From the human T2T-CHM13v2.0 reference genome, Homo sapiens, in NCBI RefSeq assembly GCF_009914755.1, contig NC_060925.1: a stretch of DNA of 64,000 nt; one strand, written 5' to 3'. The notes under the pieces were generated by a model, which was not told where the DNA came from, ran no database searches, and saw nothing but the letters and a program-made list of their open reading frames with translations. This document shows positions 34,490 to 50,559 of this stretch, one piece after another. The first letter of the stretch is position 1, and every line of letters begins with the position of its first letter. A program made the position numbers and the translations under genes.

Positions 34490-35015
34490 TTTAATAATTT
34501 CAGCTTTTATATTAGATTCAAGGGGAACATGTGCAGGTTTGTTACATAGGCATATTGCTGTGATGTTGAGGTTTGGGGTGTGAATGATCCCATCACTGTG
34601 GTAGTGAGCATAGTACCCAACAACTAGTTTATTAGCCATTGTCCCCCTCCCTCTCTCTCCCTTCTAGTAGACACCGGTGTCTATTGTTCCCTTATTTATT
34701 TATTTTGGAGGGTCTCACTCTGTTGCCCATGCTGGAGGGGAGTGGTGTGACCATAGCTCACTGCAACCTGGAACTTCTAGGCTCAAGCAATCCTCCCGTC
34801 TCAGCTTCCAGAGTAGCTGGGACTATAGGTGTGTGCCACCACACCTGGCTAATTATTTATTTTTGTAGAGACAGGGTCTCACTTTATTGCCTAGGCTGTT
34901 GCCACACTCCTTACCTCAAGCAATCTTTCCACCTTGGTTTTCCAAAGTGCTAGAATTACAGGCGTGAGCCATCATGACCAGCCTGTTTCCATCTCTATGT
35001 CCACGTGTACCCATC
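34490..35015 (-). mobile_element. L1PA (older, ~PA13-16) 3' end split by an AluJ (34700-34983)
   Basis: acatgtgcaggtttgttacatagg...gagcatagtacccaa L1 3'UTR sequence that resumes after the Alu. Confidence 0.8.
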
Positions 35016-35569
35016 CTGTGAGTTTTATAAGCTTGCAGCCAGACACATTGTTACCTGCATTCCCCTGTCTGAGGGGTCTTTCTTTCAGCCATCTCTGGGA
35101 GTAACTGGACAGAGAAGAAATGCCTCAGGTGCTGCACTGCTCCTTGGACAGACTGATTAGATACAAAGCAGAAATAGAAACAGGGAAGAGGGGGCATGGT
35201 TACCTCAGCTAACAAGGAGCAGGGAGACGTAGGAAATTGTTTATCCATTTCCCCAGAGCTCTACTACTATTAGTACTCCACTTTTCTGCTGCTTTGTTGA
35301 TACCAGGGCAGAAAGAAAAACCTTGGAAAAAGTTACTGGTGTGGGTCATGCTTCCTACTCCCATTCCTCTTGATAGGTCGGCAAACTTACCCACTCATCC
35401 ACTCAACAAGAATGCTTGCCCTGTGCTCTGTGCTGTGGATCTAGGGGCAAATATAAACAGAGGTTCTGCCTTCCTAGAGCTCACAGGATTCATTCCTTCA
35501 GCTCTGGCACTCCTGTGGCTCCCTCTCTTTGGGGTCCAGGGACCTTGATATGGCAAGACAAAATTCTTT

Positions 35570-35868
35570 CTTTTTTTTCCTTTTTTGAGACGGAGTCTCA
35601 CTCTGTCGCTCAGGCTGGAGTGCAGTGATGCGATCTCGGCTCACTGCAACTTCTGCCTCTCAGGTTCAAGCGATTTTCCTGCCTCAGCCTCATGAGTAGC
35701 TGAGATTACAGGCGTGTGCCACTACGCCAGGCTAATTTTTCTGTTTTTAGTAGAGACGGGGTTTCACCACGTTGGCCAGGCTGGTCTCGAACTCCTGGGC
35801 TCAAGCGACCCACCTGCCTCGGCCTCTCAAAGTGCTGGGATTATAGACGTGCATCACGGCACCCAGCC
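35570..35868 (-). mobile_element. AluS
   Basis: Alu consensus. Confidence 0.94.
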
Positions 35869-37244
35869 AAGAAACAGTTCTTTTTTTCCCATGAGTTTGT
35901 TCATTGTTGTACACTTCCTCTAATATATTGAGTTCTTTAGCAGTCTAAAATAATTTCATTTAACAAATACAATTAATATTGGCAGCTTTTCATCATTGGC
36001 TTTTATTTAATTTATATCTCTAAATTACTTAAAATTAAATAATGAAGAATAAACTCATATTTGGAATGGAGAGAAGTTCCTTGTGTTATTGGGTGGTGTT
36101 GTAAATATCAGTATTTGTATTCTATTTTTCAGCATCTAGTCCCCATGTGATCAAGAAGCAACTCCGTAAAATAAAAGCATTCAACATTGTCTTCAGTTTC
36201 TATCTCTCCTTAGTTTGTGTTTTTCTTCCTAGATCCCTATTGTGAACTGTGCTAGGTGGAGCTGCTTGGTTTATAATGTGCAGATGAAGTGTACGTTTGA
36301 ATAAGTCATAGGTGGTGTCCTTATTCAACTTGGATGAAAAGGAAAGGAGAGAAAAATTCACAACTCAAGAGGATAAGCAGACTTACCTACTAGTGAGCCA
36401 TTGAAAGTCATGTAGAGGACTTGAGAGAGCAGCCTAGGTAGGTCGTTTGTGTGCTGTATGTTCAGTGATTGCTTGAGGCCAGGGAGCTGGGGATAACTCC
36501 TTGTGCAGCCCAAGAACTCTGCACTCATCTTATACACCAGCTCTACTGAATCCAAGTTGACCTGCTCACATTTGTGTGCCATTTCTATCAGGAAGTCTCT
36601 TGAGAATGCCAATAGCTCAGATACCTGCTCGCCATTACCAGATCTACCCCTCAAAGCATAATGTCTGCTGGTGGGAGGATGAGTAGCTTCAGTGTTTTGT
36701 ACAAAGGAGAGTATATTTATTTCTAATTTCAGAGTTTCTCTTGCTCCTGTCTAGACACTTCAGAGAAAAACAAATTCAGGTCACCAGTAAAGTTATGTTC
36801 TATAATAAGAGAAGACTTGTGCTAAATCACTTGTAAAGACATTAACTATCATCTGCCTGAAAAGTCTTCTCTCACCAAGCTTCTGCAGATCTTTTGAGGT
36901 ACCAGAAATAGTGGTTAGTTCTCACATGCTGTTCTGCTTCAGCGAGCTTCATGTGGCCACCTGCAGAAATAGTTCTTGGTTTCTCTTCCTTGTCTAGATG
37001 CTGGTCAAGGCAGCGTTTAGAAAAACACAGATTTTCATATTCCCATTCACACGTGCAAAGTGAATTAGGGTACCAAAGAATTACCTAGATTATTCAATCT
37101 GTAAAATGCTTTGCCTCAATTGACTGAATATTTTATATCAACACTTTTTCCAGCTACATATTTATACTATAATAGGAACCTATTTTTACTATATATACTA
37201 TTTATACTATAAAAGTAGGAGTTGCAGAATCATAAGAAATTTAG

Positions 37245-37586
<342 letters not shown>

Positions 37587-37593
37587 TTATTAA

Positions 37594-37880
37594 GGAGACA
37601 GGGTCTTGCTCTGTCACCCAGTCTGGAGTACAGTGTCGTGATCCTAGCTCACTGCAGCCTCAAACTAAGCGATCCTCTGGCCTCAGTCTCCTGTGTAGCT
37701 GGGACTATAAGGTGCATGCCATGTTGGCTACTTTTTTTTTTTTTTTCCAGTAGAGATGGTTTTGGGGACAGGGGTCTCACCTTGTTGTCCAGACTGGTCT
37801 TGAACTGCTGGCTTCAAGCGATCCTCCTGCCTCGCCGCCTAAAATGCTGGGATTACAGGCATGAGCCACCGTGCCCAGCC
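37594..37880 (-). mobile_element. AluJ
   Basis: Diverged Alu consensus. Confidence 0.9.
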
Positions 37881-38149
37881 TTGGACCTTCTAATTGTAAA
37901 GAAGCAAAAAGGCCCATATAATATACATAATATACACCATAATATATACATAATATACATCATCTCACTTTATATATCCACTGTATTAATTTTTCTGTTA
38001 AAAAAACTATGCTCGTTTAGTGTTTTATGTTGTTTTTTCAAAAAATAGTGATTTTGAATTGTGGGCCTAATTAGCGAAAATTGAAATGTATTAAAATAAT
38101 ATAAACATCTGTAAGGGATTTTGTATCAAATGGAGTCTGCTCTCAGTTC

Positions 38150-38297
38150 TTTTTTTTTAACTTTTATTATTTTATTTTTAATACAGACAGGGTCTCACTA
38201 TGTTTTTCAGGCTGGTCTCGAACTCCTGAGCTCAAGCAATACTCCTGCCTAGGCATCCCAAGTGCTAGGATTACAGGCATGAGCCACCATGACCAGC
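38150..38297 (-). mobile_element. Alu monomer (FLAM-like)
   Basis: Single left arm with a T-tail. Confidence 0.85.
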
Positions 38298-41193
38298 CTC
38301 TACTCTCAGTTCATTTTCTAAGAAATTTGATGCAAGCCAGTATTGTTGCTGAACTTCATACCAGCGTGAAGAATATCTGGATTGCAGTGTTCTTTCCTTA
38401 AAGGGGTACTGTAGGCACAAGAGTTGTGCCGAGATTTATGTGGTCTTCAGAGATGGAGAAGCGTTTGATTCCTAGAATTATTTGGCATCTTTCTACACTC
38501 ATCTGGGTTTTCTCTTAGATTTATAAAAAGGCCAGTGTTGGGCATTCTGACAAAGTCTAGGTTAAACGCTAATCAAGGCACTAGAGTATATATTTGAAGT
38601 TTGTGTGTTAACACCTATGTGTTCGGGGCAACAAACTACTAGTGTCACTAGTTAGCTGCCAGTAGTTAGCTGCTCTGAACACTTAGGATACCTAAATATA
38701 CATCGGATTTTTCATCAATCTTTTGTTTGTCTTCTCCAAAAAGGAATCAATTAATGAACTAGTTCTGCCCCCAAAGTAACAGTTTAGAATAAATGTATTA
38801 ATTCAATGCAATGTTCAACATTGTTTGAAAAATCTAAAGTATTTTTATAATTTTATTTTTTTCTTTTCCTTTTTTACCTTTCACACACTTGAATCTAAAC
38901 ATTTTTACTTGAAGAATGGACAGTTATTTTTCTTTGTGTTTTAAAATACAACATGTACCAGGAAAGGGAGATGGAAGTAAAAATAAATAAATAAAATACA
39001 ACACGCTCTTCAGATAGGTGGCTTTTGGAAAGCAATCTATGATTTTCTAATTCTCTAGGGCTCAGAGTCTCTTGTAAAACACAGTTCTTTCTATATAATT
39101 TTTGCTAATGGATAGAAAAACTTGTGGGGTATTTGGAGGAATTAAATAAACATTGAAGATATAAAAGCACACAAGGGATGACTTTTATTGTAAAGTCATG
39201 CTGTCATCAAATGGTGTGATTTCTTCCCTGGTGAGGGCAGTTTTCAGTCTACCACACCTGCCTCTGGTCATGTCACGGTTGAGTTCTGGCACTGCCAGCT
39301 GATGTTACCGGTGGTTTGCTGAATTTTGACTTATATGGAATTAAATGTCTGTGTTACCATAGTAAGTTCACATTAGTCTTTGCATTTCATTATCAAGAAT
39401 GCACTGGTAACTGGCAGGAAACTTCTATTTGAAGCATAGTAATCGGAACATTTTCTTATTGTTAAAGTACTTTTGCTTCTTCCCTACTTTCATTTAAATC
39501 TATCTAAAGGAAAAAAGAGGATTTTGTCTTCCATACAAAAGAAGTTTTAGACATTGGGGCTTACTATAGTTTCTCTGTGTTATAAACGATCTCCATTCTT
39601 TATGTCACTCCATGAACTTTTATTTAATTTGGAGGAAATCCATAGTATTCACTCTATATCAGAGGCTGTGACATCCTGGCTAAAGCTATTGAAGTTGGCA
39701 GCATCATTTCCTCTTCCCGAATTCCTTTTTTGGTTAAGTTTAAGAAGGAGCACAAATTGAGGGTGCAACTTTGTTTCCCGTAGTTTTGAACTGGCAGGGT
39801 GTCCCTGGGATTTGTGGCTGCCTACTTGAACAATCCCTTAGGACAGACACCATTCACATTTCATGGCTCTCACTAGGAATCATTAACAGCTCAGTGCAGA
39901 GTTTTGCTTTTCACTTAACTTGTAAGATAATGAAGAGGCCCTGCCAAGGTTCAGAAAAGGATAACAAAGCATAAGCCCCTTAATGGGATGAACTAATGTA
40001 AAAGTCTAAGTATCTGGAGCTCTTTCCCACAAGTAGGACCTGACTCAGGGACTGGCATTCAGGCTGACAACCACCATATACAAGAAACTGTAATAGAAAC
40101 GAAAGTAATTTCCCTAAAATGAGCCAAGTTATGGGCTTTGGGAAAATAAGGATCTGTTAGCTTTGCTAAGATCAGGATCTTTGATTTACAGTGCTTTCCA
40201 TGAAACGGTATATTTTTATTGAAGAGAATCATAGGATCTAGAAAGCATTGACTTTAAGTGAAGCACTATTTGAATTCAGCTTTAAGTAGACTGAAATAGC
40301 TCTTTATATGATTGAAATGTCTCCATATAATTGTTTGTTAATTAACATATCTCATAAAATGGCATTTTATATACCATGCATGGCAAAGCAGTTGACAAGC
40401 AATTGTAATATTAAAACAGAACTTCTGGCCTGGCCCTGATCTCTTTGTTAGAGTGTTGTAATGATCTTCAGCCTGTTTGCCACAGCACTGAGCTAGCCAG
40501 TGTACCTCTATCATTTGGTTTTCAGGAGTCCCTAGGATAGATCTCAGCTTCAAGACTAGGTGAGGGTAGCCACTTAAATCCTGAGGCCATTGCATCATCT
40601 AGGCAGTTGAGGAGACTTGAGAAGCTTTCCTGGTATACTCAGATGTAGTTTTTCTTGTCTGCTTAGATATTCAGATATTCTGAATCAGTGATTGCTCTCA
40701 AATACCTGCAGGAACCAGGCAGAGGACTTACTGGAGTCAAGTGGCCTGGGGAGAAACTGATGAGCTTGAGAGTGAATGTCCATCTCAGTGGAGAAGTCTT
40801 TATCCCACTCCAGCTCTTTGTTGCTAGCTGAGATGTTGGCCCAGTGTTGTCAGTGTTCCAAAGCGTGCGGAACATATGGGCTTTGATGTATAATCTCCCA
40901 ATTTTTAAATGATGCTAATTTGATTAAAAACAATTCCTATACAGGCAAAATATGACACAATGGTATCCACACCTGACCCCAGGGCTCCTCTTTGGCATCT
41001 AATATAAATTGAAACAACTGAGCTCTCAGAGCTGAGCTTATTCACCTGAAGGTCCACTATGGGTACTAAGTCAATTCCCCACTGGAGCAGTTTCTGTCTG
41101 GTGGCCTGGAGTGTGACAAGCATGGGTGGAGATGGGGAACAGGCTAGCTCAGGTTTTAGGACTATGGGGAGATGTCTTAGTTGGCATATCTGA

Positions 41194-41561
<368 letters not shown>

Positions 41562-41718
41562 ACATTTCAACCTTTCTAAAAGGTGACATCTTGTACACTG
41601 TAGTAGCATAATGGGAAATTCAGACAGGCACATCATATGCTACATACCAGACCCTTTCCAAATGCTGGTTCCATCTTCATCTTCCCATTCTAAAATTTCT
41701 TCAAAAATTAAAAGCTTC

Positions 41719-41997
41719 AGGTGGGTGCAGTGGCATGTGCTTGTAATCCTGGTTACTCTAGAGGATCACTTGAGGCCAGGAGTTTGAGAGTTTGGTAGAG
41801 ACCTTGTCTCTACCAAAAAAAAAAAAAAAAAAAAAAAAAAAATTAGCCAGGCGTGGTAGTTCCAGCTACTCAGGAGGTCAAAGCGGGAAGATTCATTTGA
41901 GCCCAGAAGTTTGAGGCTTCAGTGAGCTATGATTGAGCCACTGCACTCTAGCCTGAGCAACAGAGCAAGATCCTGTCTTGAAAAAAAAAAAAAAAAA
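41719..41997 (+). mobile_element. Diverged AluJ
   Basis: Alu consensus with deletions; AAAAGCTT on both sides. Confidence 0.88.
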
Positions 41998-42039
41998 GCT
42001 TAGATGACATAGTGAGACCCCCCCCACCCAGCGGGGTAT

Positions 42040-43390
42040 CTATTTAATGTATATATATATGTGTATATATATATATATATAGAAAGCTTATATATATATA
42101 GAAAGCTTATATATATATAAGAAGCTTATATATAAAAGCTTATGTATAAATATATATAAATATATTTATTTATGCTTATAGATACATATATAAATATATT
42201 TATTTATATTTATATATAAACATATATTTATATATATTTATATAATATTTATTTATTATATAAATAAATATATAATAAATAATAAATATATATAATATAT
42301 TTATTGTATTATTTATATAAATTTATTAATATAATATATAATAAAATAATAATTATATAAATATATAAATATTTATTTATATTATATAATATTATATATT
42401 ATATATAAATATATATTTATATATTTATATATATTTATATATAATAAATATATATATTATTATATATTTATATATCATATATATAAATATATAAAAATAT
42501 ATATATTTATAAATATTTATATATAAAAATATATATTTATAAATATATATAAATATATATATAAATATATATAAATATATATGTAAATATATAAATATAT
42601 ATATAAATATATATAAATATATATAAATATATATATAAATATATATAAATATATATAAATATATATAAATATATATATAAATATATATAAATATATATAA
42701 ATATATATATAAATATATATAAATATATATAAATATATATAAATATATATATAAATATATATAAATATATATAAATATATATATAAATATATATAAATAT
42801 ATAAATATATATATAAATATATATAAATATATAACTATATATAAAAAATATAAATATATATAAAAATATATAAAAATATATATAAATATATATAAATATA
42901 TATAAATATATATAAATATATATAAATATATAAATAAATATATATAAATATATATAAATATATATAAATATATAAATAAATATATATAAATATATATAAA
43001 TATATATAAATATATAAATAAATATATATAAATATATATAAATATATATAATATCTATAAATATATATAAATATATATAATATCTATAAATATATATAAA
43101 TATAAATATATATAATATCTATAAATATATATAAATATAAATATATATAATATCTATAAATATAGATAAATATAAATATATATAACTATATATAAATATA
43201 TATAACTATATATAAATATATATATAAATATATATAACTATATATATAACTATATATATAAATATATATAACTATATATATAAATATATATATAAATATA
43301 TATAACTATATATATAAATATATATATAAATATATTTTAAAAAAGCTTATATATATAAAAGATTATATGTATATATAAAAGCTTATAAAT
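42040..43390. repeat. ~1.35 kb AT-only tandem array, mostly (TATAAATA[TA])n
   Basis: Nearly devoid of G/C; 8-12 bp units with TAAC/TATC variants toward the right end. Confidence 0.98.
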
Positions 43391-44410
43391 GTATTGGCAA
43401 GTCTGACTTTCGTCCTTTTCAATTAGCTATACACAACAATACTGTGAAGTGTGTATTACTATCAGTGCCCAGAGGATGCAGCGCATCTGAGGCAAATGGG
43501 AGGTTAACGAATTCCCCACATAACGAGTCACCAGTGAAGTTGGCTTTGCTTTTCCATTACACAGTAAAGCCTGGAAAACTTCCTCAGGCTTCCCCAGATT
43601 TATGATCATAGACTCACTGAGTTGGAAGGAACCTTAGAGATTAACCTGCCCAACTGTCTCATTTCAGAGATAAGTGACTCGCTCTTGACTCCTACTCGTT
43701 TCTCTTGTCCTTGTCTAGTTTGAAATCATAGTTGTGCTAGTAAGGCAATGTTGAAAAGTGAAAGGTTTGTGTTGCTGGTTTTATTGTATTCTTACGTCTC
43801 CAGATTTATTTCTCCTAGATCCAGCCAGATTGTCTTTAGACCCTTAGGCTACTGGCCCTTGCTAACTTTTATAAACTGAGATAAATGGAATGCAAGTCTT
43901 TGAAATTACAATGATTTTGCTTCTGCAGCAGTGTGAATGTCTGTTGAATTTAGGGGGAGTGGCAGATCCAAGCAGAAGGGCGTAGCAAATGTTAATGAAA
44001 ATGGTGGTGTTTGACCAAATACAACCCACCAGAGGATAAAATCACAGGCTATAATTTCAGTAGACGGTGGAGTTTTGTGTGGTCGGTAACGTCACTGGAA
44101 ACCCAAGAAAGAACTTATTTTGTGCAATTTGGCCCATGTTGTTGTTTATTTTGATTACACCAAGCTCAAGGGCTCTTTTGACATTAAAAATGCTTATTTC
44201 AGCTAAAGTCCAGATTAGGGTTACAATTTCCCTTTTAAAAATTTCTTTTCCTTTTTCTGGGATTGCACTGTGGTCTCCTACACACTTCTTTCTACTTTCC
44301 TGTGATTTCTTTCTAGCCAGAAAATTATTAGCATTTCCACATAGATATATAACAAATGCTGTAATATCAGTGCTGCCTTCGTGGTGTGATGCACAAGAAG
44401 AATCATGGAG

Positions 44411-44414
44411 TTTT

Positions 44415-44453
<39 letters not shown>

Positions 44454-44732
44454 TTGAGACCGGGTCTGGCTCTGTCACCCAGGCTGGAGTGCAGTAGTGT
44501 GATCTTGGCTCACTGCAACTCTGCCTCCTGGGCTGAAGCGATCTTCCCATCTCAGTCTCCCAGGTAGCTGGGGCTTAGTGGGCACCACCATGCCCGGCTA
44601 ATTTTTTTTTTTTTTTTTTGTAGCGATGTGGTCTTGCCATGTTGTCCATGCTGGTCTTGAAATTTTGAGCTCAAATGATCTGCCTGTCTCCCAAAGTGCT
44701 AGGATTACAAGTGTGAGCCACAGCACCCAGCC
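44411..44732 (-). mobile_element. AluJ with (TTG)n tail
   Basis: Alu consensus; the tail has converted to about (TTG)12. Confidence 0.92.
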
Positions 44733-44994
44733 AGGAAGAATCGTTTTTGCAGTGGGACTCTGGTCACCCAACGAACATCAGGATCTTTCTTGTAATATAA
44801 AGCAGAATGGAGAAATATCAATGGAATTTCTAGTATATGAAGATTTTTCCCTGCATACGAGGAAATATATTAAGTCAGAGTAGTCAGTTTGGCCTGTGTT
44901 TGAATTCTGTCTCTACCGCACACTAGGTATGTGGCACTGGAGAAGTTATTCAACCTAGCTGAAATGCAGTTCATTTCTTTGTAAAATAGTGATA

Positions 44995-46096
<1,102 letters not shown>

Positions 46097-46155
46097 AAAA
46101 TAATGATAATAACTAACTTCAAAGACTGTTGTGTGATTTAAATAGGATTATATTT

Positions 46156-46514
<359 letters not shown>

Positions 46515-47038
46515 TCATTCATTTAACGCATATTTATGAAGCATCTACTATGCTCCATGTACTGCCATTAGAGCAGTGAGCAAAATAGACAAAACCCTTG
46601 CCACGGTCAGTTCCCTCTCTTCTTTTTCCTACTTTACACTGACCCTCCCCACTAAAGCCAGGCCGCATTAGATGAATATTCCTGCTTTTTCAAAGAATTC
46701 ATTCCGTTGGAAGTTCTGCTAGTCAACAACTATGTTTTGTGCTCAGATTCTCTTTTTGCATGAGATCAAAAAAAGAATGTATGATGAAATTGCAAAATTT
46801 GACCTACATTGCAACTTGGATGTGCAGAAAAATGAATTTATTTAGTCTATCCTATTCCGTCTTCCCTCACAGACATTTACGTTCTAGTTAGAAGGGGGAA
46901 TAACGTTAACTAAATGACTGGTTTAAAATGTAGTCCCAGTCAGTAATTTAATCCATTTGAATGCTTGTTCTGCCTCCTTTGGATAAAAATGGTGAGGCTA
47001 AAACCAAACAATACAAAAACAAAAAAAAGCTGAGGCTA

Positions 47039-47337
47039 GGCCAGGCATGGTGGCTCATGCCTGAAATCCCAGCACTCTGGGAGGCCAAGATGGGCAGATG
47101 GCTTGAGCTCAGGAATTGGAGACCAGCCTGGGCAGCATGGCAAAACTCCATCACTACAAAAAACACAAAAATGAGCTGGGAGTGGTGGTGCGAACTTGTA
47201 GTCCCAGCTACTTGTGGGGACTGAGGCAGGAGGATAGCTTGAATCCGGGAGGTCGAGGTTGCAGTGAACCTAGATTGTACCACTGCACTCCAACCTGGGT
47301 GGCAAAGTGAAACTCTGTCTGAAAAAAAAAAAAAAAA
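47039..47337 (+). mobile_element. AluJ
   Basis: Alu consensus; CTGAGGCT on both sides. Confidence 0.92.
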
Positions 47338-49454
47338 TTACTGAGGCTCTCAGGCTCTTCCTCTTCTGCTTGCCTAGAGTCCTGGGGAAGGGCTGAGGTC
47401 TATGCAACCTCATGTTGGTGGGGAGGAGGTGGTGTCCTCAGCCACAGTTCCCTGCTTGCCTTGGCTCTCCTCCAGCCAATTATCTCCTTCTCATTTGGTA
47501 CTGCTTGCCCTGGGGTGATTGCTTGAGTGGGTGTGACCTGTGGTTGGTCTCACTGGGTCTGGTTAAAGTCCTGTTGTGTGCTCTGGCTGACCTGCCCTCA
47601 TTTCAGTTTCCCCTGGTGCTAGAGATCCCTTTGAAGTTTGGTTGGCCTTTCATCCAGCCCTGGCTTTACCTGCCTCTGATAAGCAGAGAGGCTTGCTCTT
47701 TCTGAGTCCTCTCTACCTCGCTCTGACTGACCATGTCTGACCTACCTAGGGGTGGGCTTGGTCCCTAGGTTTGTATGGGAGCATGCCACACACAGAGCCC
47801 CCTCTTTTGAGTTCATGAGGAGTCTTTTTAATAGTGGCCCCCACTCTGCCTTTGGAGTTAACTTTGCTTCCCTTGTGCCCCTTTCCCTACCTGGGCCAAA
47901 CTCAGAAGAGCTGGGGGAGGGGAGATTAGGACAACCTTCACCAGTTCATTTCCCTCTCTCTCTGCTTTCCACAGTTCTCCACACTAACAAAGGACTAGTC
48001 TTTTTCTTTCTTTCTTTCTATTCTATCTTCTTCCTGACTCTTCCTAGCTTAATCTTAATGACAAGCAGGTTACCTTCTTTTTATTTTTGTTTTTAAACCA
48101 CATTGATCTGAAATCTCCATGCTTGGTTGTTAAAATACTAATGCCTCACAAGGGAGTTCAGCAAATCCCTTTTCAAGAGGCTTGTATAAACCTACTTTCT
48201 GAAAGACAGAAGCAGAATGTTACTCTTTCTCTTGTTCTTCTTCTATAATAAATTCAGACTCTCCATCTGGGCAAGTCATTGGCTAGGGCAGACTAATGTG
48301 AAGGTTTCTACTCAAGGAGGCAAAAAAAATGCATTTTAATATTCAAAATTTTACTTGTTACAGAAGCATGGCTGGTGCCTTAAGGAACTCATTGTTTATT
48401 AGCTTTATGGTTCTCTGACTATCCAGGTGACTGGACTGCACCCAGGTGTTGGCGGCCCTGGAACTTGTCTGTCTGTCTGTTGATTTGGAATTGACAGTGG
48501 TTGCAGACCTTTAAGTCAAACCTTTCCTCTTGATCCCAATGTGCCCTTCGCTTTCTCTAAAAGGTTCTCCCTTCCTCTTATTTTTCCTTATCCTCTTCTC
48601 CATCTTTGCTGTCAGATCTCTCTCTCTCTTTCTTTATCCTGCACTTGCAGTTTGCTCCCACACTGGACACACATACAGGCATACGCATACACACGAAAAC
48701 ATACATCATCACCTCCTCTTTGTTCGTATATGTACATTTACAGTCCCCTGTGGCTTTAGCTCTTTTTCCAGGATTTTCTCTTTCATCCATTTATTATATA
48801 TGTGAATATTGATTCTTTACTATGATGATAATCATTGCTGTAATTTATTGAACACCTGTTATATACTAGTGATGAGAAAGGTCCTTTTATATTGCCTCTT
48901 TCATTTAATCCTTAGAATCACCATTGTGTGTAGCAAGAAACCGAGGCTCAAGGAAGTTTTTAAAAACTGTGTTCAAGGATACAGAACTAGTAATTGGCAG
49001 AACAGGGACTTGAATCTAGGTTTCATTGGCCCTAAAGACCATTCCACAAAAGAAAATCATTATGAACAGAAATGTAGGTTTTTGAGTAAAGATTTTATGT
49101 AAATTGAATTATCCTATAATAACCTTGAACATGAAATTCAAAACTTAGTTTATGATGACTGGTCTAAAAGCTATCACTTTGAAGGGAAGAATGGGGAACT
49201 CCTTTTCAGAGATGATTAATGCTTGATGCAATTCTATTAGAAGTGCTGACTAATGGTCTGATGACTACTTATTTTGATCTTGGTGTTGGTAAAGAGAACT
49301 TTACATGCCAGGAAATGGAAAAAAAAATACAGATTTTAGCCACTTAAAATTGCTAACAGTGAAGGTCTCCATATTATTTTGGTTCCAGCTTCTTTTTTTT
49401 CCCCCTAGGCTAATTTCACCACTTCCTCCTCCATTCTTGAGTTTTAAAAATGTC

Positions 49455-49572
49455 TTTTGAGAGACAGAGTCTTGCTGTGTTGGCTAGGCAGGTCTCAAAC
49501 TCCTGGCTCCAGTGATCCTCCAGCATCAGCCTCCCAAAGCACTGGGATTACAGGCATGAGCTATGCCTGGCC
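49455..49572 (-). mobile_element. Alu monomer (FLAM-like)
   Basis: Single arm. Confidence 0.8.
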
Positions 49573-50520
49573 TCTGTTTTGTTCTTGCAGGCTAAATTAT
49601 TTTCCCCTGTTCTGTTTAGATTATTCTTAATTTAAAATATCATATTTAATTTTCCATTTTAAAGCATCTGCTACCATCTATCCTTATTTTCTCCCTTTTC
49701 TTGTTCATATTTTTTCTCTGTCTCTGGCTTTGTTTTGTGCATTCTTGCTCATAGTGCTCTGCCCCATTAGGTTACCGAAAATAAAATGTACTGGAATTCT
49801 AATCTCTAAAATCCTGGCCATCACAACTAGGATTCTTTGGAGTTTGCTTTCAACTTCTGTGCAAGGATGGACAATTCATTCATCAGTCACAGTTGTGCCA
49901 TTGTGGCATTTGGAGGTGGTGTACAGAGCCCTGCTGTTTTTTTTTTATTCTCTGAGGTTTTGCTAAATGATAATGGGTGGGTCAAGGAAAAACCTGATTA
50001 AGCACTCACTAAAGAAAAAAAAATGTGAGTGACTGAGTGTGTGGGCATGAACATGTATGTGTGTTTTCCTGTGTGTGTATGGTGGGGGGTATCTTCGAGA
50101 ATGTAGAGAGATGAATTCTCCCTAAAGAATGTATAGGTATTTGATATGAAGTACTCCTCAGCATCCTCTGGAATCAAAGTGAACTTTCTCTCAGATTAAA
50201 ATGATGATTCAGAGTGGTTATGGGGCTGGCATTTTAAGAATTAGAGAGGAGAAAGGAATAAAAGAAGGAGTGTCTTCAAAGAATTATATAAACTAAACTA
50301 AAGCTTATTTAATCTCTTTCGTCTCACACTGACATATCCTTCTTCCTTGTGATTTCCTTGATTGGTTTGTCTCTAAGGGAAAATGAAGAGGATTCTTTTA
50401 GAGCTTCCTATCTCATAATAAAGAAAGATTTCACAGGTTCCTGTTTCAGAGGATGGGGATACATCCTTTTATCTTAAAAGAGAACAATGTTAGTTCCTAG
50501 AGTTTCTATCATTTTGAAAT

Positions 50521-50559
<39 letters not shown>

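Noticed and set aside
50525-50557. Solitary T33 run as a truncated retro-insertion
   Set aside because: No element body and no convincing TSD; treated as a simple homopolymer.
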